From a virus, in the IMG/VR virus record IMGVR_UViG_3300026519_000011, positions 3,783 to 67,782 of that record: DNA of 64,000 nucleotides; one strand, 5' to 3'. The notes under the pieces were generated by a model, which was not told the origin of the DNA, made no database searches, and saw only the letters and a program-made list of their open reading frames with translations. Below, piece by piece: positions 1 to 10,031 of the stretch; position 1 is the stretch's first letter; each line of letters begins with the position of its first letter. The position numbers were made by a program, and so were the translations under genes.

Positions 1-2
1 AG

Positions 3-173
3 GCGGTTGATTTCGATGTTAAAGGTATGACGGCCAAGCAAGTGAGGGGTTGGATTCGGGCTAACGAGGAATTATTTCCTTTCAAAATACGATTAGAAGG
101 CGGGGTGTCTTGGTGCCATGTGGATACGAAGTGGATGGATAAAAACCCAAAAATATATACCTTTACGGTATGA
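3..173 (+). CDS. C-terminal part of an M15-family peptidase endolysin (5'-truncated by the window; not in the ORF track)
   Basis: Manual translation from nt 3 gives AVDFDVKGMTAKQVRGWIRANEELFPFKIRLEGGVSWCHVDTKW...FTV*. AxDF and WxHVD are M15-type Zn motifs. It lies upstream of the spanin and holin-like genes. Confidence 0.75.
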   Translation, partial: AVDFDVKGMTAKQVRGWIRANEELFPFKIRLEGGVSWCHVDTKWMDKNPKIYTFTV

Positions 174-180
174 TGTACGA

Positions 181-546
181 ATGATACTAGCTAGTGCGTT
201 CACTTGTCTCTTCTTAGGGTGTAAGACCCCTGAAACACCTCTACCAGATAGGCTAGTAGGGCAGTGGGTGGGATCGTACCAAGGATGCAAAGAGCGGTTG
301 CAGTTTAACCAGAACCATACCTGGGTCTCAGTATCTAAGAATGAACATCAGACAGGTACTTGGCGACTAAAAGGCATAGTACTCACTTTTCGAATCAGTA
401 AAGATGACGGAGGAGAGTCCTGTTTCGGGGAACGGATTGACGAAGCAGGTAAGGAAGTTAAGATCGAGGTGGATGAGCAGGATGATGTACTTATCTTTAG
501 TAATAAATATACATTAACTAGAGCCAGAAAGAAGGTTCATCTATGA
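181..546 (+). CDS. Putative lipoprotein (lipocalin-like beta barrel)
   Basis: From ATG 181: MILASAFTCLFLGC lipobox-like signal, then LVGQW and GTW motifs. The track start at 118 overlaps the endolysin and is unlikely. Confidence 0.55.
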   Translation: MILASAFTCLFLGCKTPETPLPDRLVGQWVGSYQGCKERLQFNQNHTWVSVSKNEHQTGTWRLKGIVLTFRISKDDGGESCFGERIDEAGKEVKIEVDEQDDVLIFSNKYTLTRARKKVHL

Positions 547-998
547 TTAAATTTATACTAACGGTAGTCATCGCAGTAATACTATCCGCGTTTATCTATT
601 CGTGGTTAGACGATAGCGCGGAGATTTTAACCGGAGCGAAGAATGCCACCACGCAGGCGCAGAAACTAAACCAAGAGGCAACTAAAAATGAAACCGAAGT
701 TATTATTGTTAAGCCTCTGCCTGAGTTCCCTGTGGTTGACGGGGTGCAGCAGTCAGAGGCAGAACGAGATCAACCGGTATCAAAACAAGGCGATAACCTT
801 GAACCAGACTACAATCTCGAAGATGAACCGCACTATGAAGACTATTATCCTGAATCAGAAGGAGTTATACGAGAATCAGAAGCGTCTTGGCAAGGTGGCA
901 CACAACCATGCCCGGTAATTATGCCTGCTGAATGTGGGTTATTTCTTTGTGAATGTGATACATTATTAGGGGTCTGGGGAATAGTAGGTGAAGAGTAG
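543..998 (+). CDS. Putative i-spanin (Rz-like)
   Basis: N-terminal TM helix and short coiled coil; a lipoprotein ORF is nested in the +1 frame. Confidence 0.6.
   Translation: MIKFILTVVIAVILSAFIYSWLDDSAEILTGAKNATTQAQKLNQEATKNETEVIIVKPLPEFPVVDGVQQSEAERDQPVSKQGDNLEPDYNLEDEPHYEDYYPESEGVIRESEASWQGGTQPCPVIMPAECGLFLCECDTLLGVWGIVGEE
688..918 (+). CDS. Putative o-spanin (Rz1-like lipoprotein) embedded in the i-spanin
   Basis: MKPKLLLLSLCLSSLWLTGC lipoprotein signal (LTGC); fully embedded in the +1 frame of 543..998. Confidence 0.65.
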   Translation: MKPKLLLLSLCLSSLWLTGCSSQRQNEINRYQNKAITLNQTTISKMNRTMKTIILNQKELYENQKRLGKVAHNHAR

Positions 999-1458
999 TG
1001 ATAACTGGCAGCTTACAGATCGCGCGGCAACTCTTATTAGATTGGTTGGGGCCAGCCTTGCTCTTGTGGCTGCTTCTTATGCCGTCAAACCCATCATTTA
1101 CAACTTTCTCGGCCTGTCCCGCGTGTCCGAAATCCGCAATGCCAACTTCCGTTATTCCCTTAGTTCCGGCAAGGGTGAATACACCGTGGAGGTCAGGAAG
1201 TTTAGACCAGAATGTCCTATCATTTCGCTACACCTTGGGGCGAATATTGAAGGAAGACCTTATCACGTCAAGCTATTCACAGAACCCTACCAGCTCAGTG
1301 GAGCAGAGGGATGGATCTATCTTCGCTTCGATGCAACTCTTGTTGGAGTCTCAGAGGTCAGTACAGGAAGACTATACGGAGTAGAAAACTACAAATGCCC
1401 TGAAGGTAAGGTGGTCATACAGTTACCCTTAACATCTACTGTGGAGGTAGTGAAGTGA
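988..1458 (+). CDS. Membrane-anchored hypothetical protein
   Basis: One N-terminal TM segment; overlaps both neighbours in operon fashion. Confidence 0.55.
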   Translation: MKSSDNWQLTDRAATLIRLVGASLALVAASYAVKPIIYNFLGLSRVSEIRNANFRYSLSSGKGEYTVEVRKFRPECPIISLHLGANIEGRPYHVKLFTEPYQLSGAEGWIYLRFDATLVGVSEVSTGRLYGVENYKCPEGKVVIQLPLTSTVEVVK

Positions 1459-1745
1459 TAGAAATAATATTAAAAGCCCCTTGGTGGGCACAAGTGGCTA
1501 CCGGTATATGGCTGTGGTCTGCGCTAATTTGGGTATTCATCTTAGCTAAGGCTTACCGTAGAATGTACATAGTAACAGAGCTAATCTTAGCTACCTTCGC
1601 GCAGTGGTTGATAGTGATTTCCATCCTAGAGCATAGAGGCTTTGCGCATGGGTGGATTACCCACATGGTGGATGAGCGGTTCATTATAGGGGTTGGTATA
1701 TTAGGGTTAGCTAACCTGTTTATGTATCGTCGGTACCTCAGATAA
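1455..1745 (+). CDS. Small multi-TM protein, holin candidate
   Basis: 96 aa, three hydrophobic segments, basic C-terminus, in the lysis cassette. Confidence 0.5.
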   Translation: MIEIILKAPWWAQVATGIWLWSALIWVFILAKAYRRMYIVTELILATFAQWLIVISILEHRGFAHGWITHMVDERFIIGVGILGLANLFMYRRYLR

Positions 1746-1749
1746 CGGT

Positions 1750-2139
1750 ATGGAAGCTAAGCAGTTGAATATGGAGGAGGTGCAGAACCTTATCGAGGAT
1801 GCCGTAGAGCGGGCGGTAGCCAGAACGCTCAAAGAAAATAAGGCAGTATCTCCCCCAGAGAAAAAAGGCAAATGGATTTATGGTATAGCCTACGCTTTCC
1901 TAGGCTTTCTAATAGTTGACTGGGTGTTCTTTAACCATTTCACACTAGACGGGTGGACACTTATACCTTCAATAGACCCCGACTATAAATCTATGATTAA
2001 CGTAATGATGTATTCAGTCATGGGTTCCTTGCTAACCTTAGCTGGAGTCATCATAAATAACAAAGATAAGAATGAACGGCTTCCAAAGATGTTGGAAGCC
2101 GGGTCACCAACCCCGTTAAAAGGACAGGAATATGACTAA
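1750..2139 (+). CDS. Two-TM protein, holin/antiholin candidate
   Basis: Two hydrophobic segments and charged termini; lysis context. Confidence 0.45.
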   Translation: MEAKQLNMEEVQNLIEDAVERAVARTLKENKAVSPPEKKGKWIYGIAYAFLGFLIVDWVFFNHFTLDGWTLIPSIDPDYKSMINVMMYSVMGSLLTLAGVIINNKDKNERLPKMLEAGSPTPLKGQEYD

Positions 2140-2500
2140 TAAAGTGGAAGTAGATTGGGGTTTGTTGGAGTGGCATCCTATAGTAAGAGTAGGTATAGAA
2201 TCAGGCTATTGTGGTAATGGTTGTGGCAATGCTTGGTGGAACAATCTACTGGCTAGATTCTTCATGTGGAGGCATGACGTAGACTTCAGACCTGCGTGCC
2301 TACTTCATGATGCAGGTATAGATCTACTTGATAAGTCAGAAGATAATAGAGTAGAGAACGACGAAATGTTTCACCGTAACTGCATGGCTTTGGTATGGGA
2401 TGGCGGGTTCAATGAAGACAAGCTGGCATTAGCGGAGAGGTTCTTCTCCATCGTAGCGTTCAATAGTTACAACAATTATTGGAAACATACTAATGAATGA
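2132..2500 (+). CDS. Phospholipase A2-like / DUF1353-like protein
   Basis: NGCG...ACLLHD...D..F pattern resembling the PLA2-fold His-Asp motif. Confidence 0.5.
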   Translation: MTNKVEVDWGLLEWHPIVRVGIESGYCGNGCGNAWWNNLLARFFMWRHDVDFRPACLLHDAGIDLLDKSEDNRVENDEMFHRNCMALVWDGGFNEDKLALAERFFSIVAFNSYNNYWKHTNE

Positions 2501-2612
2501 CCTAAACAGAACGGTAACTAAGACAGTGATTAAAGCGGTGGCGCTTGGCATTATCCTGTGGACCGTGGTATTGGTAGCAATTTGGGGGATTTCTAGCCTT
2601 GCGAGTGGCTAA
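2493..2612 (+). CDS. 39-aa single-TM peptide (not in the ORF track)
   Basis: Manual translation MNDLNRTVTKTVIKAVALGIILWTVVLVAIWGISSLASG*; the start overlaps the previous gene end. Confidence 0.5.
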   Translation: MNDLNRTVTKTVIKAVALGIILWTVVLVAIWGISSLASG

Positions 2613-2619
2613 TCAAAAG

Positions 2620-2649
2620 TTGCAAGTACGCCTATTGTTCGTGTATATT
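2620..2649 (+). promoter_or_regulatory. Possible sigma70 promoter for the HU/terminase genes
   Basis: TTGCAA-N18-TATATT in the intergenic gap. Confidence 0.4.
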
Positions 2650-2678
2650 CCTTACCTACTGTAATCAAGGGGCGTAAC

Positions 2679-2945
2679 ATGCAATATAAACAAGTGATAA
2701 GCAAGGTGGCTGACACCACCGGTCTAACTCAAAAAGAGGTTAAACTAGTGGTAACAGCTTTAGTAGGTGTAACTACTGAGGAACTCGCAAAAGGTGGCAC
2801 AGTGTGGCTACCCCAGCTAGGTACGTTGAAGGTGCGTGAAAATCGTCGCACCTCCTTCGTACTAAAAGGTAAAAGTTATCCAGTTAAGCATAAGAGAATA
2901 GCGGCCTTCAGCCCAGCGGCCACTCTTTTAGAAGCCTTAGTCTAA
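2679..2945 (+). CDS. HU/IHF-like DNA-binding protein
   Basis: 88 aa, basic; VADTTGLTQKEV...ELAKGGTVWLPQLGTLKV...AFSPAATL matches the HU fold pattern. Confidence 0.85.
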   Translation: MQYKQVISKVADTTGLTQKEVKLVVTALVGVTTEELAKGGTVWLPQLGTLKVRENRRTSFVLKGKSYPVKHKRIAAFSPAATLLEALV

Positions 2946-2950
2946 TACCC

Positions 2951-2969
2951 GTTCATCACCATGACGAAC
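2951..2969. repeat. 19-bp palindrome copy 1
   Basis: GTTCATCACCATGACGAAC; covers the ATG at 2961. Confidence 0.9.
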
Positions 2970-3455
2970 CGAACATCCTCTCTAGTAACTAGAACGGCAG
3001 ACCCTGTGTCACCTGATGGTATACGTCTATCCCAGCATGTAGAAATGCTGATAAGAAGTGTAGACTATGTATCGGAAGCTGATCGGGAGAAGCTGTTAAA
3101 GGTGCTGGGCGCTGAGACTTTACAGGATGGTGTTAATTATGAGATGGCCGAGGACCAGCTAGAGCACATCTCAGTATCTGAAGAGGTCCAGGCCACTGCC
3201 ACTCTATTGAAATTCCTTCGTAAGAATATCAATAGGCAGACAGATACCGTGGATATAGACACCATCAAAGCCATCCAATCCATTAACACCGCACTGAATA
3301 CTGTAGGTAAGATGTTGCCGCTATTGAATAGTGCCAGCAGGGTTATCCGTCTTGAGAACGCACTCATACAGTTCGGCAAGTCGCTACCAGAGGAGCAACG
3401 TGGGGAGTACATGGACAATATGAGAAGTGCCTTAACAGATAACATCGAGAGCTAG
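2961..3455 (+). CDS. Putative terminase small subunit
   Basis: Helical 164-aa protein directly upstream of the large terminase (position only). Confidence 0.5.
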   Translation: MTNRTSSLVTRTADPVSPDGIRLSQHVEMLIRSVDYVSEADREKLLKVLGAETLQDGVNYEMAEDQLEHISVSEEVQATATLLKFLRKNINRQTDTVDIDTIKAIQSINTALNTVGKMLPLLNSASRVIRLENALIQFGKSLPEEQRGEYMDNMRSALTDNIES

Positions 3456-3456
3456 A

Positions 3457-5202
3457 GTGGCTATTGACCACGGGCAATTTTCTGAGGAGGTACTGTCTCG
3501 GGTATCTGAGGGGATAGCCGAATCAGACAGTAACTTGCTCCGCAACAGTGAGTGGATGACTAAGTTCCTATCGCACCCACGAATACCCGACGTGCCTTGG
3601 TCCTTTGATGGGTATGAGTATCAAAAGGACATTGTAGATTCTACATCGCTTAAGCGTTCCGTAATTAAGTGTTCGCAGGTAGGTCTGTCTGAGATAGCCG
3701 TAGCGGTGATACTTACCATCCTATCAAGAGAGTCTCGTGTCAGGGCAATCTACACCTTGCCAACTAAAAAACTCGCTGAATTGTTCATGGCAGACCGGGT
3801 CAACTCAGCCATAGAGAATAGCTCTTACGTCTCAGGTATGATGGTACCTGAGGTGAATAACCTGACTGTGAAGAAATTCTCCAACGGTTCCTACCTGTAC
3901 GCAGATGGTACTGAGGGGTCCAGATCAGGTATCTCCATCCCTGCGCCTTACCTGTTTAAGGATGAGGTAGACTTCTCGAATCTTAAAATGCTCGATCGAC
4001 TTTCCTCCCGACAAGCTTCTTGGCCAGATGATGAGACCATCGACATGCAGTTCTCCACCCCCACGCTTCCTGGATACGGTATATCGGAGTCTTACGGTAA
4101 ATCATCTAAAGGTATTTACGCCTGTAAATGCCCTGCCTGTAACACCATCAGCCCTCTGGATTTCTTCACGGATGTAGTAGTGCCCGGTTACGATAGACCT
4201 TTGATCGAATGGACGGCTTCTGACTTGCTGAATGCTAAATACAAGGTTGACAAAGCGTACTTGAAGTGCCCTAGTTGTGGCAGGCCTATTCTTCCTCAGG
4301 CCCTTGCAGACCCTTCACATAGAGAATGGGTGCATGAATTTGACAGTCTACGGGAGAAGCATGAAGGCTTTAGGGTACAGCCTTTTGATGTCTACTCAAC
4401 AAACCCCCCGTCCAGAACCTTGAAGCAAGTAGAGGACTATGACGATAAACAGGAATGGGTCAACTTCCGAGTGGGTGCGCCCTATGTGGATGCCACCTCC
4501 AGAATAACACCGCCATTCGTAGTATCTAGTACGCCTACCGCCAGTGGCGGTAAGTACTTCTTAGGGTCTGACGTAGGTAAGACTTCATGGATTGTGGTGG
4601 GGTATGTAGAAGGTACTAAAGTAACGGTAGTACATAAAGAACAGCTACGGAATGAGCTTGACCCTGCCACTAAGCGGTCATCTGTAGCCGAAAGAATTGC
4701 GGTACTAAAAAACCGGTACAACATAATACGTATAGTGGTGGATGGAATGCCAGACCTGACGTTAGCCGCTACCATCGTGGATATGTTTCCCGATGGCTAC
4801 ATAGCTAGGTACGTTCAAAACGCCCCAGAGCCTGGTGAGTTTGTAAAATTCAAAGACTCTGGAGAAGTGGTCATTATGAGGACTGAGGCGTTTAATCTCC
4901 TTGCGGCAAAGTCTGGCATGAGTCATATAGCACAAGTGAACTGCCCTGAGACCCGTCTATTCAACTTACACGTAACCAACATGGCCAAAGTCTTTGATAG
5001 AGGTAAATCCGTGTGGAAAAATATAGGGGATGACCACTACGCTCATGCCCTACTTTACATGCTAATAGCGTCCAATACCCTATCAGTAAGGCGACGTAGA
5101 GAGGCGGATAGCCCTGATAAATTTTTTACAGGAGACATTACTTCCGTTAAACTAAAGCAAAATAACGACAAGCCTTTCAACCCTCTACCGAAATTATACT
5201 AA
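3457..5202 (+). CDS. terL: Terminase large subunit (GpA-like)
   Basis: KCSQVGLSE Walker A variant, FKDEVD Walker B, STPT motif III, CPAC/CPSC Zn finger, GSDVG and DDHYAHA nuclease motifs. Confidence 0.9.
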   Translation: MAIDHGQFSEEVLSRVSEGIAESDSNLLRNSEWMTKFLSHPRIPDVPWSFDGYEYQKDIVDSTSLKRSVIKCSQVGLSEIAVAVILTILSRESRVRAIYTLPTKKLAELFMADRVNSAIENSSYVSGMMVPEVNNLTVKKFSNGSYLYADGTEGSRSGISIPAPYLFKDEVDFSNLKMLDRLSSRQASWPDDETIDMQFSTPTLPGYGISESYGKSSKGIYACKCPACNTISPLDFFTDVVVPGYDRPLIEWTASDLLNAKYKVDKAYLKCPSCGRPILPQALADPSHREWVHEFDSLREKHEGFRVQPFDVYSTNPPSRTLKQVEDYDDKQEWVNFRVGAPYVDATSRITPPFVVSSTPTASGGKYFLGSDVGKTSWIVVGYVEGTKVTVVHKEQLRNELDPATKRSSVAERIAVLKNRYNIIRIVVDGMPDLTLAATIVDMFPDGYIARYVQNAPEPGEFVKFKDSGEVVIMRTEAFNLLAAKSGMSHIAQVNCPETRLFNLHVTNMAKVFDRGKSVWKNIGDDHYAHALLYMLIASNTLSVRRRREADSPDKFFTGDITSVKLKQNNDKPFNPLPKLY

Positions 5203-6641
5203 TGCCCTCACCTCTTTTTAAGGACACTACTAAATCCAGCAGGAAGAAGAAATCCCCTAATAAGCAGGTTACCGATACCCGACAGCACAGAAAACCGTTC
5301 GGCTGGTTACGGTCTGGAGGATCGGTAACCAGGAATGCACACGGGGTAGACATCCTAAATATATTGGGGTCTTGTCGGTCTGAGACAGAGGTTCTACGGA
5401 TATTGAACCGACATAGTCCGGTATTCTCCACCGCAGTATTCAACTTGGTGGAGATAGCGCTGGAGGATTTGAAGGTTAAGTGTACGCACGTAGACGGCAC
5501 GCACGATGCTGGGTCTACTACGTTATGTCGTCAGTTGTTACACAGATTAGACGAGCCAGCAGAAGCCCTCCAAGGGTTTAACATGCGTAAGTCTACTAAA
5601 AGCCTCACCGCTACGATGCTTCAAGAGGTGATACTTTCTGGCGGGGTGTTCAGCGAGGTCGTACTTAAAAACAAGGGACTGGACCGCGTGGTAGTAGTCC
5701 CCTTGGAAACTATAGATTTCAGAGAAGAGAAAAACGGGGTGGTGCCCTTCCAGTATGGTACGGCACTTAATTACCCTACCATGCTTTATGCGTCGCTACA
5801 TCAGCAGGCTACCACCCATAAAGCCTCCTCAATGATGTCCCCAGCAGTAGGTACTATCCTGTCGTTCACCGAGTTCGTAACCTCCATGGAGAAGGCGCTG
5901 GATAAGGCAGGACACGCAAGGTTAACGGTCACGCTTAACAAAGAATTATACGTGACAAACGCCCCTGATAACTGTAAAGACGACTCTAAGAAAATGTTAG
6001 AGTGGTTGGAGCTTAATCGCGCGGCCATAGCTAATACCGTATCTGAGACCAGCCCAGAAGACGTGTTGGTAATGTTCGATGATCAGGCGGTGGACATCGT
6101 TCAAGGTGAGAACGTAAAGGCGGACTACTCAGAATTACTTAACACTATGGCAGGCATACTTGCCCTATCCCTTAAATCGCACCCCTCGATATTAGGTCTA
6201 CGGTTGGAAGGCTCTCAATCCCTATCTAACATAGAGGCGCTAACTTACCTACATCTAGCCAAAGGGGTTCAGCGCCCCGTAGCAGAAGTGTGGAGTCGTA
6301 TACTGACGTTATACCTTAGACTCATGGGTATTGTAAGTATTGTAGAGGTTGAGTTTGAGCCTATAAACCTTAGACCTGAGACAGAATTAGAAACACACCT
6401 ACTCACTAGGCAGACACGATACATGCAGTTGCTGTCCTTGGGTATGATGACGGATGCAGAATTCAGATATAAGATGGGGTTGCCTGAGCCTGGTCCTGAG
6501 TATGTGAACCTCTCTGGGACGCGATTTATGTCAGTGACCTCAGACGTACAATCAACAGGCGGGGCTAGTAACCCTCAAAACGGGGGAGCAGAACAAACGC
6601 TTAACCCTGACTCTAAACGGAATAAAGTTAAAAAGGACTAG
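5202..6641 (+). CDS. Portal protein
   Basis: 479 aa between terminase and prohead protease; C-terminal EFRYKMGLP portal-like motif. Confidence 0.8.
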   Translation: MPSPLFKDTTKSSRKKKSPNKQVTDTRQHRKPFGWLRSGGSVTRNAHGVDILNILGSCRSETEVLRILNRHSPVFSTAVFNLVEIALEDLKVKCTHVDGTHDAGSTTLCRQLLHRLDEPAEALQGFNMRKSTKSLTATMLQEVILSGGVFSEVVLKNKGLDRVVVVPLETIDFREEKNGVVPFQYGTALNYPTMLYASLHQQATTHKASSMMSPAVGTILSFTEFVTSMEKALDKAGHARLTVTLNKELYVTNAPDNCKDDSKKMLEWLELNRAAIANTVSETSPEDVLVMFDDQAVDIVQGENVKADYSELLNTMAGILALSLKSHPSILGLRLEGSQSLSNIEALTYLHLAKGVQRPVAEVWSRILTLYLRLMGIVSIVEVEFEPINLRPETELETHLLTRQTRYMQLLSLGMMTDAEFRYKMGLPEPGPEYVNLSGTRFMSVTSDVQSTGGASNPQNGGAEQTLNPDSKRNKVKKD

Positions 6642-6643
6642 GT

Positions 6644-7486
6644 ATGTTTGCAAATGAACTAATGATGACAGGGGCCCCGGAACAAGCGGCGAAGATGCTT
6701 GAGCAGATGCAGACGTTAATGAATAACGCTGAGCACTACCCAGAGGCTCAAGCATCTAAAGACGTTGACGAGTTGTTAGGTTATGCAGAAACCTCGGCGA
6801 TCACCAGGATCACCCCTGAGTTTTCTCTCCTGACTATTTCAGGTATGTTAATACCTCAGTACTCATGGATGGAAGAATACCTTGACATAATATCTTACGA
6901 CACCATTCGTGCGGCGGTAGATATATTGATGAAGGACGAAGAGGTCACCAAAGTTATTACGGTGGTGAACTCTCCAGGTGGGTACGCGAGAGGATGTGGG
7001 ACAACTCACGATATTCTTTATGGACTAGCAGAAGCTAAAGAAATGTCAGCCTGTTTTACTGAGACTACGCTGGCATCGGCAGGGTATTGGTTAGGGTGCG
7101 CCATGCCTATGGTGGTAGGGTCTAAGTACGCGTTGGTGGGTTCGATAGGGTCGTACACTATCATAAGCTCACAGTACCGTAGGGCTGAAGAGGATGGCGT
7201 GGACTTCTTTGTAGCGCGATCAGGGGATAAGAAAGGGATACCCAGCGGGGTAGAACCCTTAACCGATCTTGATAAGGAAGCCGTAACTGCACTGAATGAC
7301 GCGCAGGCCGATTTATTTCTTGAGTCGGTAAGCGACTCTCGATCAGGTAAATTGACCTCAGATGAATGGATAGCTGGGGAAACTTTCCCAGCGTCTAAAG
7401 GACTGGAATTAGGGCTACTAGACAGCGTATCGTCCCTTCCAGAGTTAATAAACGTATTCAAAAACATTGAATTCAGACGTACATAG
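6644..7486 (+). CDS. Prohead protease, S49/SppA family
   Basis: NSPGG, ASAGYWL, VGSIG and SGDKK motifs. Confidence 0.9.
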   Translation: MFANELMMTGAPEQAAKMLEQMQTLMNNAEHYPEAQASKDVDELLGYAETSAITRITPEFSLLTISGMLIPQYSWMEEYLDIISYDTIRAAVDILMKDEEVTKVITVVNSPGGYARGCGTTHDILYGLAEAKEMSACFTETTLASAGYWLGCAMPMVVGSKYALVGSIGSYTIISSQYRRAEEDGVDFFVARSGDKKGIPSGVEPLTDLDKEAVTALNDAQADLFLESVSDSRSGKLTSDEWIAGETFPASKGLELGLLDSVSSLPELINVFKNIEFRRT

Positions 7487-7522
7487 ATATACACTTTCAA
7501 CTACTTTAAAAAGGTAAGAACC

Positions 7523-8191
7523 ATGAGCAATCGTACAAAAATAGCTGCAAGGCTGGCAGAAGCGTTAGCTAAGAGTCGAGAGACTAAGGCTTCTGGGAAC
7601 ATTTCTGCTGAAGACGAGGCTATAGATAAAGCTAAAGTGGATGCTGAGGCTAAAGCTAAAGCTAAAGTGGATGCTGAGGCTAAAGCCAAGGGTGACGCAG
7701 GAACAGCTGGTGACGCAGGAACAGCGGGTGACGCAGGAACAGCTGGTGAAGATGTCATGACCCAAGCGCTGTCTCGTATCGAGACCCAAGCGCTGTCTCG
7801 TATCGAGACCTTGGCTGGACAAGTGACTGCCGCTAACACCACAATCGCGGAGTTAAAAGCGGAGAAAGCAGAAGCAGAAGCAGCTGCTACTCAGACTGCC
7901 TTAGCATTAACCGATGCTGAAGCGGGTGCGGAAAGTCTGAAAGACATGGCATGTGCCTTACTTGCCACCTTCGATGTACGTCTAGGCATGACTATGAAAG
8001 ACCGCTCACAGATGAGCGCAGGAGAACTTGTTGAAGCCTTCAGCATAAGCGAAGCAGAATTCGATAAGAAGTTCCCTAGCTCTCAGGTTAGCGATACCCA
8101 AACATCAGACGATTCAACGGATACAGGAGCTAGTCACAGTCAAGCTACTGGATTCCCTATTAGTAGAAAGAACGCATCAAGGAGAACATAG
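7523..8191 (+). CDS. Capsid scaffolding protein
   Basis: Ala-rich coiled coil with internal tandem duplications, between protease and capsid genes. Confidence 0.6.
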   Translation: MSNRTKIAARLAEALAKSRETKASGNISAEDEAIDKAKVDAEAKAKAKVDAEAKAKGDAGTAGDAGTAGDAGTAGEDVMTQALSRIETQALSRIETLAGQVTAANTTIAELKAEKAEAEAAATQTALALTDAEAGAESLKDMACALLATFDVRLGMTMKDRSQMSAGELVEAFSISEAEFDKKFPSSQVSDTQTSDDSTDTGASHSQATGFPISRKNASRRT

Positions 8192-8192
8192 T

Positions 8193-8678
8193 ATGGCTGG
8201 TTTTGATACAGCAGGAATGCGAGTAGGTAAGCGTAAGCTACCAGTTCAGCTTCCTCAAGAAGCAGTACAGGACTTCATGGCTGTTGGTTCAGCAGTGAAA
8301 TCAACTTCTGATCGAGGCAAGCCATTAAAGTTTGCCGCAGGGTCGGACATGGAAATCTGTGCAGACGGCGATGAGATTATAGGTTTCATCGAAGGCGTAG
8401 AATTACCCAATGATTCAGGTAGAATCCCTATCGGCTGCCGAGACCGTGGAACGGTATTCGCTCTTGATGAGGCTGGTAGTTTAACAGTAGGTGATTTAGT
8501 GGTCTCTGGTACACAAACCCCAGCTGGTCAGCATCCTTTAGGGGCTGGGTCGAACAGCCTAGGCGGAGTAGATTCTGCGGGTCGCGTTAAGATAGGTACA
8601 CCAACTACTCATATGTGGGTGGTATGGGAAGTTTATGGGGCTGGTGCAGACCGCCCAGTTCTACTACGGAGAGCATAA
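8193..8678 (+). CDS. Head decoration/cement protein
   Basis: Small Gly-rich beta protein immediately before the major capsid gene. Confidence 0.6.
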   Translation: MAGFDTAGMRVGKRKLPVQLPQEAVQDFMAVGSAVKSTSDRGKPLKFAAGSDMEICADGDEIIGFIEGVELPNDSGRIPIGCRDRGTVFALDEAGSLTVGDLVVSGTQTPAGQHPLGAGSNSLGGVDSAGRVKIGTPTTHMWVVWEVYGAGADRPVLLRRA

Positions 8679-8682
8679 GTTT

Positions 8683-9915
8683 ATGTCGTTAGAAATACAA
8701 TACATCAAATCCAATGGCGACCAAGCCACGGGTGAGATCACGCTTGCGCAGGTTGCACAATGTAAAGCCACTGGCACTACACTGTCTGCCCGTTTAAACA
8801 GTGAGTTCTCTGACCATGACCCGGAGCGCGGGACCGTAGTAGAGCAAGCTATGAACTCTTTAGGGGTTTACCTAGAGGACGATCCGTCTATTGGCGTTAG
8901 AGCGTCATCTATGGCTAGTGCCTTAGGTGAGTCGCAGATGGCATCTGGCACAGCGGCAGGAGCACCTATCGTTTCTGCTACGCCTAGCACCGATAATGAT
9001 GCTGATGGCACTATCCGTCGCCTATTATTCGGTGAGACTATTTTAGGTCTTGTTGAAGACAGCTTACAAGGCAATAACGAAGAGCGCACTGAAGCCGCGT
9101 TCCGTCGTATGATTGCCACCAGCTATAGCATCCCCGGCGGCGTGTTCGTACAGCCTAAGATTAACTCATCAGCAGCACTTGATGATGAATACGAATCTTC
9201 CCCAGTAGAGAACACGTTACCTCCTCAAATGGTGGGTATCTCACTCTCTGCTAATACGCAATCTATTCCGGCTTATACTATCGGCTTAGAGATTACGGAC
9301 AAAGCACGTCAACAAGTCACACTACCTATGGTAGCTATGATTATTGCACAACACTCTCGTATCTTGCGTAACCGAGGCATCTGGCGTGACATCAGCCGAA
9401 TCTTCACAGGTAACCCTACGGTACCTTCTGAAGGCGCATTAACAGGGGTAACTGCTACATCTCTTGACGCGTCAATCGGTGGTACGGTTAACACCTTGAC
9501 CGAGAAGGCTTGGTTTACATTCCTTAATGACCCTAACGACCCGTACACACGCGACGTTGCGGTAATGGATTCAGCAGCTTACCTAGCGGTCGTTAATCGT
9601 TCTGGTAGAACTGAAATCCCAGCAGGTGGGTACGCAGTACACGGTATGACCGTAGACTCTAACCCTACCTTGCTTAACTGGATTAACGTAGGTGTTCCTG
9701 ACGTTATCGTGGTACCTACAGGCGTACTACCTGCTGGTACCATCTTAACTTTCGACAGCTCAAAAGCAATCGCTGAAGTTAGCGACGCTACTGCACAGTA
9801 TCAAGCAGAAGAGTCTAACGCTATGCGCAGAAACACCGCATTCCGTTGGGACTGGTCTCGCTTGTTATATCGCATGATGGGTGACGCACCGTTTAAAGTT
9901 CTTACGCTCGTATAA
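8683..9915 (+). CDS. Major capsid protein
   Basis: About 410 aa from ATG 8683 (SD GGAG); head-module position; followed by a terminator. Confidence 0.75.
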   Translation: MSLEIQYIKSNGDQATGEITLAQVAQCKATGTTLSARLNSEFSDHDPERGTVVEQAMNSLGVYLEDDPSIGVRASSMASALGESQMASGTAAGAPIVSATPSTDNDADGTIRRLLFGETILGLVEDSLQGNNEERTEAAFRRMIATSYSIPGGVFVQPKINSSAALDDEYESSPVENTLPPQMVGISLSANTQSIPAYTIGLEITDKARQQVTLPMVAMIIAQHSRILRNRGIWRDISRIFTGNPTVPSEGALTGVTATSLDASIGGTVNTLTEKAWFTFLNDPNDPYTRDVAVMDSAAYLAVVNRSGRTEIPAGGYAVHGMTVDSNPTLLNWINVGVPDVIVVPTGVLPAGTILTFDSSKAIAEVSDATAQYQAEESNAMRRNTAFRWDWSRLLYRMMGDAPFKVLTLV

Positions 9916-9936
9916 CCTAGTGCTGGTTTAGTAAGT

Positions 9937-9966
9937 AAAAGAGAAGCGTAATGCTTCTCTTTTTTT
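9937..9966 (+). terminator. Rho-independent terminator after the capsid gene
   Basis: AAAAGAGAAGCG-TAA-TGCTTCTCTTTTTTT stem plus U-run. Confidence 0.85.
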
Positions 9967-10031
9967 ATGGGCTGAAAATGTGCTAGTATGCTATGACGAA
10001 TTAACCATTCGGATAAATATCATTATAAATT

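Noticed and set aside
118-180. ORF-track start at 118 for the lipoprotein
   Set aside because: It overlaps the endolysin C-terminus; ATG 181 gives a proper signal peptide.
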